40,375 nt of DNA from Octopus bimaculoides (GCF_001194135.2 NC_068982.1:186299874-186340248); one strand, 5' to 3'. Shown: positions 1 through 11,038, counted from the first letter of the stretch. Program-made: numbers and translations. Notes: generated from the letters alone by a model not told the origin.

Positions 1-204
1 ACCCATTCTAAGAAAATTCATTACAAATTCCGATGTAGATTACAGTTATATTGGTAAAATTTTTGGAACCTAGAATTGATTTCAGTCTTATCTATGCATT
101 GTTAACTTGAGTTTGAAACATCCAAATTGAAAACATTTCTGCAAAATGTGGTTTAAAGAAACTTGTAAGAATGATCTAATTTTTTTTTAAAATGCTGGTT
201 CTTA

Positions 205-660
205 CGTAAAAAGCACTACTGAGAGTGTCACATAAAAAGCACTGGTGCTGCTGGCCCGTGAAAGGCAGTGGTGCTGGTGCCATGGAAAAAGCACACAATG
301 CGCTTTGTAAAGTGGTTTGCATTAGGAAAGGATTCCAGCTGTAGAAACCAAGTCAAAACAGACTGGAACTTGGTGTGATTCCTGGCCAGCTTTCCATGCT
401 AGCATGGGTTGGACAATTTGACTGAGGACTGGCGAACCAGATGGCTACACCAGGCTCCAATCTGATCTGACAAAGTTTCTACAGCTGGAAGCCCTTCCTA
501 ATGCCAACCACTCCGAGAGTGCAGTGGGTGCTTTTACATTCCACTGGCATGAGGGCCAGTCCGGTGGTACTGGCAACGGCCATGCTCAAAATGGTGTATT
601 TTACATGCCACCTGCATGGGAGTCGGTCCAGAGGCGCTGGCAATGATCTCGCTCAAATGT
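205..660. mobile_element. Two family A retroelement 3' ends, tail to tail (+205-390, -392-660)
   Basis: Both contain the GTGGTTGGCATTAGGAAGGGCATCCAGCTGTAGAAA-type core. Confidence 0.8.
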
Positions 661-1102
661 TTTGTTAACCTCTCTTGTATAAATGTTATACATCATCATC
701 ATAACTGTTCCATGACCACATGGTTTGGATGGAATTTGTTGAGGTGGATTTTCTATGGCTAGATGGCTCATCCGTTTGCCAACCATCACCTATTTTCAAG
801 TAAGGTACTTGGAAAGACCAACAAAAAAAAAAAAAAAGCTCCACTTGCATGACAGTCAGACTTGTTTACAGTTATCATGTGATGGCAAAGTAAGGAGACA
901 CTAACATACACGTGTGTGTGCACATACACACATGATGGGCTTTTTTCCAAATCCTCTTCTGAGGTTTGGTTGTCCCTGTAGAAAACAATTGCTCTTGGGA
1001 CTGAACCTAGAACCATGTGGTGAGGAAGAAAACTAACCATGTTTGTGTCTACATATTTATACCTAATATGATATATAATTTACCTTCATTTGTAAAAATG
1101 CT

Positions 1103-1138
<36 letters not shown>

Positions 1139-1354
1139 GTTTTAGGGAAAATAACCAAGTGATTTTAATTGAGTTTTTACCTGTAATTTTGGATTTTGTC
1201 CCTAATATTATTATTATATATATATATATATATGTATTTAATGTATTTGTCATTGATTTTACATAAACCATCCTCCACTATATTTGAAGCTTGTATTTGT
1301 AAATAAATGTCACCATTGAGGCGAAAGTTTCTGTTTTATTTTATTAAAGGAAAA

Positions 1355-1446
1355 ATGAGGCCTACAACGCTTGTTCAAAGAAAATTAGAATTTCAAGTTC
1401 GGAAATCCAAACCAAATGCAAAGAAGGTCTCCTCCAAGAAAAAGGG
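1355..1446 (+). CDS. CDC6: CDC6 probable first coding exon (MRPTTLVQRKLEFQVRKSKPNAKKVSSKKKG)
   Basis: Acceptor TTATTAAAG ends at 1349, ATG at 1355, donor GTTGGT at 1447. QxxLxFxxRK resembles the QxTIxFPKRK N-terminus of vertebrate Cdc6. The phase of the join to the next exon is unresolved (see findings). Confidence 0.6.
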
Positions 1447-1641
1447 TTGGTTAAATTTTTATTATTGATGTATAAAATTAAATATATGACCTGATATAAC
1501 CCATTGCAGCTGCTTAGCTGGTAGCTTTAAAAAAATAATGGCAGATCAACATTTAACGTGTTTCATACATCTTACTTCTGGAAAAAGATTACCCGTACCT
1601 GAGCTAGGGGCACGAGGGAGTAGAAATACTATACTGATATG

Positions 1642-2467
1642 TACAACATGTAGTCAAAAAAGCATCTGCCCTTGATTTTTTTCGTACAAAATGTGTAAGC
1701 AAAATTCGCATGGGTATTAGGTGGCTGGGTCCTTCCTGAGCATGTGCAAAAATGTTTGAGTCTGTAGGTTGCGCTATTCGCCTGCGGTAACATGTTGAGT
1801 ACAGACGTAAAGAGTGTGCTGTGTGACTTTTCTTTTTCGAGTGCATTGAGCAAAGATACTGTATCAAATTCTGCCAAAAGCTTGGTGATACGCAAGCCCA
1901 GACTATTGACAAGTTTCAGAAGGCCTTTGGAGCAGGTGATGTTAACCAGTTCAAAGATGGCTGCACCTCAGTGGACAGTGAGCCACGTTGTGACCAGACA
2001 ATTAAAGAATACTACCTAGGGGTTTTTTGTCACCTTCATAAAGCTGTGTGGCAAAAATGACCTGACCTGTGGGCAGCAAAGAACTGGCAACTCCACCATA
2101 ACAATGCACCCGCTCATTCCACCCATGTACAATCATTCCTCGTCAAGCAAAACACACCACTTGTTCGTCAGGCTTCCTACTCCCCAGACTTGGCTCTGTG
2201 TGATTTTTGGCTATTCTCAAAGCTCAAAAAATCACTCAAAATCTCAGGAGATTTGAGTCAAGAGAGTACATTAAACAAAATTTGAAGGCACAGCCCTACA
2301 GTATCCCAAAAAGTGATTTCCATAAATGTCTCCAGCAGTGGCAGGAACGCTGGCAGAAGTGTGTAGACTCCCCAGGTGAATACTTTGAAAGAGACTAAAT
2401 CAAAATGGTGAGTTTTGTAATATTGTTTTTTGGCCAAAGGTCTCCTACTTTTTGACTACACCTCATA
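1642..2467 (+). mobile_element. Internally deleted mariner (DD34D-type) transposon
   Basis: Broken frames RYCIKFCQKLGDTQ, NWQLHHNNAPAH, YSPDLALCDFWLFSKLK and WQERWQKCVDSPGEYFE. Imperfect TIRs share TGTAGTCAAAAA, with TA at both ends. Confidence 0.9.
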
Positions 2468-2528
2468 CATTGTTGCACCCTTTAGCATTTAAATTGGCCA
2501 GATCCAGCTTCTCACACTTACCTTACAA

Positions 2529-2757
2529 TACATTATTTACATTTGATGGATATTTGTTCTCATCTTGTTTGCTGTTAACACGTTTCGGCTGATATACCCT
2601 CTAGCCTTCATCAGGTGTGATGGGGAAATTTCGAACCTGGCGTAGTGGTTAAGAGTGCGGGCTACTAACCCCAAGATTCCGAGTTCGATTCCAGGCAGTG
2701 ACCTGAATAATAATAACAACATCGAAAAATACCTTAGGAATGAGAACCCAGGTTCGA
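2529..2757. mobile_element. Family D SINE with internal inversion, running into a gap
   Basis: 2529-2640 is the 3' half including the hammerhead on the minus strand. 2638-2757 is the tRNA head on the plus strand. The junction shares TGG. Confidence 0.85.
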
Positions 2758-3491
2758 NNNNNNNNNNNNNNNNNNNNNNNNNNNNNNNNNNNNNNNNNNN
2801 NNNNNNNNNNNNNNNNNNNNNNNNNNNNNNNNNNNNNNNNNNNNNNNNNNNNNNNNNNNNNNNNNNNNNNNNNNNNNNNNNNNNNNNNNNNNNNNNNNNN
2901 NNNNNNNNNNNNNNNNNNNNNNNNNNNNNNNNNNNNNNNNNNNNNNNNNNNNNNNNNNNNNNNNNNNNNNNNNNNNNNNNNNNNNNNNNNNNNNNNNNNN
3001 NNNNNNNNNNNNNNNNNNNNNNNNNNNNNNNNNNNNNNNNNNNNNNNNNNNNNNNNNNNNNNNNNNNNNNNNNNNNNNNNNNNNNNNNNNNNNNNNNNNN
3101 NNNNNNNNNNNNNNNNNNNNNNNNNNNNNNNNNNNNNNNNNNNNNNNNNNNNNNNNNNNNNNNNNNNNNNNNNNNNNNNNNNNNNNNNNNNNNNNNNNNN
3201 NNNNNNNNNNNNNNNNNNNNNNNNNNNNNNNNNNNNNNNNNNNNNNNNNNNNNNNNNNNNNNNNNNNNNNNNNNNNNNNNNNNNNNNNNNNNNNNNNNNN
3301 NNNNNNNNNNNNNNNNNNNNNNNNNNNNNNNNNNNNNNNNNNNNNNNNNNNNNNNNNNNNNNNNNNNNNNNNNNNNNNNNNNNNNNNNNNNNNNNNNNNN
3401 NNNNNNNNNNNNNNNNNNNNNNNNNNNNNNNNNNNNNNNNNNNNNNNNNNNNNNNNNNNNNNNNNNNNNNNNNNNNNNNNNNNNNNNNNNN
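2758..3491. other. Assembly gap inside CDC6 intron (other gaps: 21447-21674, 23455-23876, 30974-31161, 33115-34013, 34888-35188, 36839-37102, 38422-38913)
   Basis: Runs of N. Confidence 1.
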
Positions 3492-4068
3492 GCCAGTGCT
3501 ACCTGGCTGGCCTACGTGGGATTTTCAATTGAAATCATTACCAGTGCCGCTGGACTGGCTCTTGTGCGGGTGACACAAGGTTTTTTCGAGCGAGATCGTT
3601 GCCAGTGCCCCTGGATTGGTTTTTGTGCGGGTGACACATGAAATGTTTCGAGTGAGATTGTTGCCAGTGCCCCTGGACTGGCTCTTGTGCGGGGTCGTCG
3701 TAGGATTTTCGAGCGAGATCGTTGCCAGTGCCCCTGGACTGGCTCATGTGCGGGCGACACATGTAATCTTTCGAGCGGGATCGTTGCCAGTGCCCCTGGA
3801 CTGGCTCTTGTGTGGGTGGCACATGAAATGCACCATTTTGAGCGTGACCGTTGCCTGTGCCGCCTGACTGGCCTTCGTGCGGGTGACACGTAAAAGCATC
3901 CACTACACTCTCTGAGTGGTTGTCGTTAGGAAGGGCATCCAGCTGTAGAAACTCTGCCAAATCAGATTGGAGCCTGGTGTAGCCATCTGGTTTCACCAGT
4001 CCTCAGTCAAATGGTCCAACCCATGCTAGCATGGAAAGTGGACGTTAAACGGCGACGACGACGACATC
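3492..4068 (+). mobile_element. Family A retroelement 3' end with ~60-bp tandem units
   Basis: About 7 GCCAGTG...ACTGGC units, then the core AGGAAGGGCATCCAGCTGTAGAAA and the tail GGACGTTAAACGGCGACGACG. Confidence 0.9.
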
Positions 4069-4246
4069 AGGAGCTAAAGCAATGACTTCAGATTTGCAGG
4101 AGAAAATACAAAAAATAATTTTATTGTGGCTGAATTTTTTTGTTAATTTTTAATAATTTGAATAATTTCTGTAATTGTGATTAATTACCTTATTTTTTCC
4201 CTTGTTTCAAGAATCAGTTATTTGAAGAAAGTCTTTTTTTTTCCAG

Positions 4247-4513
4247 ATTCTGTATCTTCAGTAACTCAAAGTCATGCATCATTGGAGTCCATACCTGGAC
4301 ATTCAGATAAATCAGCTAACAAGGTTATCCCACCTATGAATAAATCCGATAAAGTGAAAACGCCTAAGGTCTCTGATGAGAATTTATATTCTCCCCCAAA
4401 GCCCAAAATATCTCCAGTAAACCCTGCAAGACCCTGTTTATCTCCAATCAAAAGAAATATCTGGGGTGATGAAACCCCACATTCTAAGATTCCTGCTAAA
4501 TCACCCAAAATAG
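4247..4513 (+). CDS. CDC6: CDC6 exon, N-terminal regulatory region rich in S/T-P CDK sites
   Basis: TTTTTTCCAG acceptor, open frame DSVSS...DENLYSPPKPKISP...LSPIKRNIWGDETP...SPKI, donor GTTCGT at 4514; phase 1/1. An alternative acceptor would start the exon at 4212. Confidence 0.75.
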
Positions 4514-5073
4514 GTTCGTAAGTTTGTTCTTTGCACCATTTGATATTAAATTCTTGTTTGGGCACATTTATTGCTAGTATAAATCAGTTGAGTGAACCGG
4601 TGTATGTTTGTGTGGCTGCATGTTTATTTAATACACGAAAGAGTTATTTAATTCTTTGACTTTTAAAGAATTTATTTTCTTCAAGTAAGGGAACTTGTTA
4701 TTGGCACACATACATACCTGCATTCATGCAGATTAGACCTGAAATCCATTTGTCCATGATCCATCGTAATTTTAAAATCTGCCTCATTTGTTTATATCAC
4801 ACGAAACTGTTAAAACATTGCTAGGGGGTGTAATTCGTTGTTGCATTTCCTGACTTTTTCCCCTCTAACTTTGAGGAGACATTTTACATATACATGGAAT
4901 GAGATGGTAAGACATTACATAGACTCTCCCGTGGGGTCAATTTCTGTTTTCCAGCATTTCCCCTCATGGTCCAGCAATGGCCAGGTCTCAAGATTGCTCG
5001 ACTTAGAGACCAAGGTATGTCATATTTGTACCTTAATCCTCCTTCATAGTCATCACATTGCAAATAATACATA

Positions 5074-5475
5074 GGTGCAGGAGTGTCTGTGTGGTAAGTA
5101 GCTTGCTTACCAACCACATGGTTCTGGGTCCATTCCCACTGTGTGGCACCTTGGGCAAATGTCATCTACTGTAGCCTCAAACCGACCAAAGCCATGTGAG
5201 TGGATTTGGTTGACGGAAACTGAAAGAAGACCATCATATATATAATATATGTATATATATATAAATACATGTTTGTGTGTCTGTGTTTGTCCCCCCAACA
5301 TTGCTTGACAACCGATATTGGTGTGTTTACATCCCCGTAACTTAGCATTTTGGCAAAAGAGACCAATAGAATAAGTACTAGGCTTACAAAGAACAAGTCT
5401 TGCAGTCGATTTGTTCAACTAAAGGCAGTGCTCCAGCATGACCGCAGTCAAATGACTGAAACAAATAAAAGAATA
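5074..5475 (+). mobile_element. Family B tRNA-headed SINE, near full length
   Basis: GCAGGAGTG..TGTGTGGTAAG head, GGCACCTTGGGCAA, GTGAGTGGATTTGG..GACGGAAACTG, central microsatellite, tail CTCCAGCATG..GCAGTCAAATGACTGAAACAA. Partial copies at ~925-1040(-), 7367-7535, 7963-8122, 8905-9165, 10728-10858, 13205-13365(-), 14245-14374(-), 15767-15935 and 20642-20857. Confidence 0.85.
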
Positions 5476-5749
5476 TTAATTTGTGTGTAAATTGCAATCC
5501 TTATTTAGTGTTGAATCTTGGCACAAATTTTTTTCCCTTTGTATTTTAACTTGTTGTCAGCCTCTGCCTTGTATAAGTTGTGCCCAGGTTTTTTCAGTTA
5601 AAAAAGTCAAATATAAAATCGTGTTATAAAGAAATATGGTGATAGTTTGTGTGCTTAACATGTAAACCCATTGAAATGTTTTTGCGATCATTTATTCTCT
5701 GGAATCAAAAGATTGTGAATGATTTTTAAAAATTTTATTTTATTGACAG

Positions 5750-5952
5750 TGAGTGAAAACTATTCTAAAACAAAGCAGTTATTACACACGGCCCATCCAG
5801 CAAAAGTGATCTGTCGTGAGGAAGAACAATCAAAAATTAATGCATTTCTCTCTAAGCACATTTCTTCAAGAACTGGCAGTAGTATGTATATATCAGGTGC
5901 TCCAGGAACAGGGAAGACCGTCGTTCTTACAGAAATAATAAAACATTTAAAA
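5750..5952 (+). CDS. CDC6: CDC6 exon with Walker A motif
   Basis: TTGACAG acceptor, SENYSKTKQLLHT...GSSMYISGAPGTGKTVVL...HLK, GTAAGT donor. GAPGTGKT is the Cdc6 P-loop. Confidence 0.97.
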
Positions 5953-6713
5953 GTAAGTCATGTATTACTAATTTAATCATGTTTTTACTGTTATATATTT
6001 TAAGTTGTTGCCTCAGGAATTTTTAGTGTTCTAGCGATCTTTGATGAAGCATCTTGTAAGTTCCCTTGGCTTGAAATCCTATTTTGAGTCTGTTGTAGTT
6101 TGTTCAGTATAAAATACCTCTCGCTAATTTGTCAAATTGACTTTCTTAAAAGTAGAAACTCTCATGTTTCATTACCTCATAGCTAACGTTTATTTAAATG
6201 CTTTGCCTACTTTTTTAAGAGCAACGAGTTTTAAATACCAATCTATAAGGAACTGTAAGACAGGATTTTAACTACAGAATTCTATCAAATTGTTTGTAAT
6301 TTGAAAATGTTTCTTATTGGTTTCAAATTTTGGCACAAGGCCAGTAATTTCAGGAGTGGATGTAAGTTGATTACATCGACCCCAATGCTCGACAGGTATT
6401 TATTTTATCAACCTGGAATGGATAAAAGGCAAAGCCGACCTGTATTTTATTTTCGATGACAATTAATGTTACTCTTTCGTATATGATATATATATATACA
6501 CACATATATATACACACACATATATATACACACACATGTAGGAGTAAGTTCTTGGCAACATACAGTGAAATATTAATGACGACAGAAACAAGTGATAAAA
6601 GATGGAGGTATCTTTTCCTTGTTACATTCAGACATAAAAAGTCTAGATTTTCCTAAGCAGTGTTCAGTCACATCTTCAGCGAAATTTAGATTTTTTTCTT
6701 ATCAGTATGACAT

Positions 6714-6995
6714 CATCATCATCATCGTTTAACTTCCGCTTTCCATGCTAGCATGGGTTGGACGATTTGACTGAGGACTGGTGAAACCAGATGACTACAC
6801 CAGGCTCCAATCTGATTTGGCAGAGTTTCTACAGCTGGATGCCCTTCCTAACGCCAACCACTCAGAGAGTGTAGTGGGTGCTTTTTACGTGTCACCCACA
6901 CGAAGGCCAGTCAGGCGGTACTGGCAACGGCCACGCTCAAAATGGTGCATTTCATGTGCCACCCGCACAAGAGCCAGTCCAGGGGCACTGGCAAC
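6714..6995 (-). mobile_element. Family A retroelement 3' end
   Basis: (CAT)n tail then the near-exact reverse complement of 3790-4060. Confidence 0.9.
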
Positions 6996-7055
6996 GAATA
7001 TATATCTATATACTTTCGCCTTTTGACTTCTCTATCATTATTTATATATACATAA

Positions 7056-7270
7056 GTTGGCAAGCTGGCAGAATCGTTAGCACGCCGGGTGAAATGCTTA
7101 GAATTATTTTGCCTGTCTTTATGCTCTGAGTTCAAATTCTGCTGAGGTCGACTTTGCATTTCATCCTTTCGTGGTCGATTAAATAAGTACCGGTTTTACA
7201 CTGGGGGTCGATGTAAGCGACTTAATGTCCTCCCACAAGCTGCCCTTGTGGCAAAAATTTGAAATGATTA
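7056..7270 (+). mobile_element. Family C tRNA-headed SINE
   Basis: GCTGGCAGAATCGTTAGC A-box region, GAGTTCAAATTC B-box region, TTTCATCCTTTC..GGTCGA..AAGTACC body. Other copies at 6305-6440(-), 13925-14140(-), 15962-16150(+), 31875-32052(-), 34583-35397(-, interrupted) and 39945-40130(-). Confidence 0.85.
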
Positions 7271-7574
7271 TTTCTATATACATGAATACATTGCAGTTCA
7301 AGTCTTCTGGGCCTGTTAGCCAGAGGTCTCGAGATCAAAACTATGTTCTGCAACTTTCTTTTAGGGGCAAGTGTGGCTGTATGGTTAGGTTTGCTTTCCA
7401 ACCACATGGTTTTGGATTCAATCCCATTGCATAGCACTTTGGGTAAGTGTCTCCTAAAACCTCAGACTGACTAAAACCTCGTAAAAGAATTTGTTACATG
7501 GAAACTGAAAGAAACTTGTGTGTGTGTGTGTGTAATGTTTTAACACTTCTAACTAAATTTACCATTTTCTCTAG

Positions 7575-7741
7575 GTTAATAATTCCTGCAAAGTTGTATA
7601 TTTGAACTGCATGATTGTCCAAGATGTTTGGGATGTTTATAGGAAAATCTATACTGAAATGACTGGAGAGATATATTCTAAATCGACATCAAAATTACTG
7701 AAATCTTTACAAAAAATCATAACAAGCAGTAAAAAAAGCAT
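7575..7741 (+). CDS. CDC6: CDC6 exon, AAA+ domain
   Basis: TTTTCTCTAG acceptor, VNNSCKVVYLNCMIVQDVWDVYRKIYTEM...KKSI, GTGAGT donor. Phase 0/2 fits both neighbours. Confidence 0.95.
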
Positions 7742-8121
7742 GTGAGTATCTTCCAGTGTTTATTTCTCTTTCACTACTTGCTAAGTCTCGGGGGTGGGGT
7801 GGACAGAGCCCATGACTTTTGCAGGCTCTTTTTTGATGCCAGCCTGCTTGGGACTACCCCTAGTCCTATGATACAAATTTTGTTTTAAAGTAATCTAGAC
7901 TAAAACTTTTCATCAGACTTTCCTATTTCAAACAGTGACTTAATTATAACAGTTAAATTATTCAGAAGTGGCTGTGTGGTAAGAAGTCTGCTTCTCAACC
8001 ATATGATTCTGGGTTCAGTCTCAGTGTGTGGCACCTTGGGCAAGTGTCTTCTATAGCCTTGGGCTGACCAAAGTCTTGACTGGATTTGGGAGACAGAAAC
8101 TGAAATAAGACCATCATATAT

Positions 8122-8500
8122 TATCATTTAATGTCCGTTGTCCATGCTGGCATTGGTTGGACAGTTTGACCAGGGCTGGCAAACTGGAAGGTTGCACCAG
8201 GCTCCAGTCTGATTTGGCATGGTTTTCTATAGCTGGTTGCCCTTCCTAATGCCAACCACTCTGAGAGTGTAATGGGTGCTTTTATGTGCCACTGGCATGA
8301 CACCAGTATCTGCCACTAGTGCGATTATGTTCGGCTTGATGGGTCTTCTTCTCAAGTACGACACAATGCCAAAGGTCTGAGTCATTGCCTCTGAGGCCCA
8401 ACACTTGAAAGGAAATCTGCCACTTTGCCTCCATGAGGCCCAACGCTTAAAAAGGAACTCGGCCATTTTGCCTCTGTGGGGCCCCCTCACACACACCTCT
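8122..8500 (-). mobile_element. Family A retroelement, longer 5' extent
   Basis: Tail, core and an upstream segment with short GCCTCA..GAGGCAA repeats. Confidence 0.75.
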
Positions 8501-9371
8501 GCTTGTTACCTCACCACAACTGCATGACAACTGGTGTTGGTTTGTTTACATCCTTTTAAATTAGCAGTTCAACTAAAGAGACTGATAGAATTAGTGCCAG
8601 GCTTATAAATAAAATACTGAGATTGATTCATTTGACTAAAATATTCCTTGTGCATAGCTGCAGTCTAATGGCTGAAATGAGTAGAAAATAATGGTACCTG
8701 TTCTCACCTGCCCAGTGATGCATCACTGGTCAGTAAAATGTGGGAGGTTTTTCTGTTGCTCCATGTTGTGTCATCAGATTATACCCCTTTCTATAAATGT
8801 GCAACTCTTGGGATTCTTTGTCCTGGAATTTTCAGTACCTGTATTTATCCTTGAAAATTCCATTTAATTAATTAATTGCAAATGAGAGTTAATTAGAAGT
8901 AGACTTGGCTGTGTGATTAAAAAGTTTGCTTCTGAGCCATGTGATGTCTTAAGCGGGTGCCTTTGGCTATAAGCCTTGAACTGATCAGTGTCTTGTGAGT
9001 GAAATCTTGGTTGATGGAAACTGTAAGGAAGCCTGTTGCCGTCATTGTTTCAATGCCTCCTTTTCCACACAAGCTTTCACCTTCCATTCACAAGGTTTCA
9101 TGCAGTGGGACTGAACCCAAACGATGTGGTTGGGAAGTGAGATTCTTAACTGCATAGCCATGCATGGTGGCCATTAAGCAGTTTCTTTTTGTAAAGAACA
9201 AAGGGAAATAATTTCTTTACTTGGAAACAATTGAGGGTTAGTGACAGCAAAAGCATCCTGCTAGAGAAAAAACTGACTATTTTCAAAGACACTTATCTAA
9301 ACTTGTAGAAGAATGGAAACATGGTCAAAACTTTATTGAATTTGTTTTTAATAACCATATTTTTGTTTCAG

Positions 9372-9478
9372 TGTTCTTGTTTTGGATGAGATTGACCAAT
9401 TGGACAACAAACATCATGAAGTACTATATGAACTCTTTGGTTGGCCAGCCCTTTCAAACTCATCGTTTGTTTTAATAG
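9372..9478 (+). CDS. CDC6: CDC6 exon with Walker B motif
   Basis: TTTTGTTTCAG acceptor, VLVLDEIDQLDNKHHEVLYELFGWPALSNSSFVLIG, GTAAGG donor; phase 2/1. Confidence 0.97.
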
Positions 9479-10429
9479 GTAAGGATTAGATTCATTAAAA
9501 AAATTGTTGCATTATTCCACCCTGTAGAATTTGTTTCATTTGATTTTGAAAATGATGAAGAATTTAGTAAAATCAGTTTATTATGAAGTTAGTATTTGGA
9601 GCATAAATTTATAGAAATTCTGATGGGGAGCTTTTAGATCACTTGAAAGCAAAAAGTTGGTATCACAGAACTAAGGCAGTGTCAGGCACATTGGTATCGA
9701 AAGGGTTAACACAATTTGTATCCTAGGACTATGGGGTTGGTCTGAGACAGGTTGGTATCGAAAGGGTTAAGAGATTCATATGTCAAAGTTTATTGTTATG
9801 TAGCATTCAAACAACGGTAATCCAATACAATTCTAAATTTAGATATTATCGAGCAATGAGTAGAATTCAGTATGTGGTGACCCCGCAGTGCAGAAAGCGA
9901 TAAGTTAATTGTGCACATAATTGACGTTTTTTCTTCTCTGTTTTTGATCTGCTCCAATATCTCCCCTATCAGTTACAACTCATTTAAAAGTTACTCAGCT
10001 GTGTATAATTATTATTCTCTAATTGAGTCTTTTGAGGAGGTCTTCCTTTCTTCAATGACTCATGTGATACAGTTTAGTATACAATGATTTGAATGTTGAG
10101 ATGTCTGTACAAATAGGTTTATGCCTGCTTAGTTATAAGCTGTGGTAGAGGGTGGTCTCTCACAAGAATTTACTCTTAATATACCAGGCTGTATTCTCTT
10201 AGGTGTCTCTGTTTTTTAGATTGGTTAAGAATTTCATTAAACACCAATTCTAAATTAATGTTCATGAAGAAAATAAAAGTAAAAAAAAAGAAAAAAGTTT
10301 ACCATTATAACTATCTTAAGGAATTTATGTAGCTTTGATGCCAACTTGCTTGAGAATCCCACTGGTTCTATGTTATCAACTTTTTGTTTTTAAGTGATTT
10401 AAATTAAAAGCTTCCATCAAAATTTCACA

Positions 10430-10643
10430 TTAACCCTTTAATACTCTGATTGCTCTGTCAAACGTGATGCATATTTATTCACAATGTTTGGAATTAATGG
10501 TGAATTAACTTGTGGTTTTATGATTGTTTATTACTAGAATGACATTGTAGAGTAGGTGCGAGAGGCCAAATATGGCCAGTTTGAACATAAAACAAGTAGA
10601 ATATTTGGACCAGATGTGGTCAGTTTAAATGCTAAAGAGTTAA
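10430..10643. mobile_element. piggyBac-like MITE (second type)
   Basis: TTAACCCTTT...AATGCTAAAGAGTTAA. Related pieces lie at ~2478-2528, 11656-11860 and 14370-14395. Confidence 0.65.
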
Positions 10644-10942
10644 ATAATGTTTTAAACACCGGCTTAATACCAATAAAGCTGTTATATTAAACTTTTATTT
10701 TAAAGATTTAAAACAAAGGAATTTATTGCGGTTCGGCAAAAAAGACCGATAGAATAAGTACTAGGCTTCCAAAGAATAAGTCCTGGGGTCGATTTGCTCG
10801 ACTAAAGGCGGTGCTCCAGCATGGCCACAGTCAAATGACTGAAACAAGTAAAAGAGTAAATTCATTTGGTTTTGTCTCCTTTTCTTTTCATGCTGGCGTG
10901 GATTAGACAAATATCTATTAAGACCTTGTTCTACATCCAGAT

Positions 10943-11038
10943 GGCGCTACATATTCTAAAATTGGAACGATACAGAGGAGATTAGCATGGCCCCTGCGCA
11001 AGGATGACACGCAAATTCGTGAAGCATTCCATATTTTT
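10943..11038 (+). pseudogene. RNU6: 5'-truncated U6 snRNA retrocopy
   Basis: CATATTCTAAAATTGGAACGATACAGAGGAGATTAGCATGGCCCCTGCGCAAGGATGACACGCAAATTCGTGAAGCATTCCATATTTTT matches canonical U6 from about nt 12 to the U-tract. It lacks the 5' stem-loop and ACAGAGA has become ACAGAGG. Confidence 0.95.

Noticed and set aside
3492-3870. Repeat-spacer-like array resembling CRISPR
   Set aside because: The linkers are homologous to each other, the array is part of a dispersed eukaryotic retroelement, and no cas genes are present.
10943-11038. Functional U6 gene
   Set aside because: 5' stem-loop missing, ACAGAGA box mutated, and the upstream flank is an older repeat rather than a recognisable PSE/TATA promoter.
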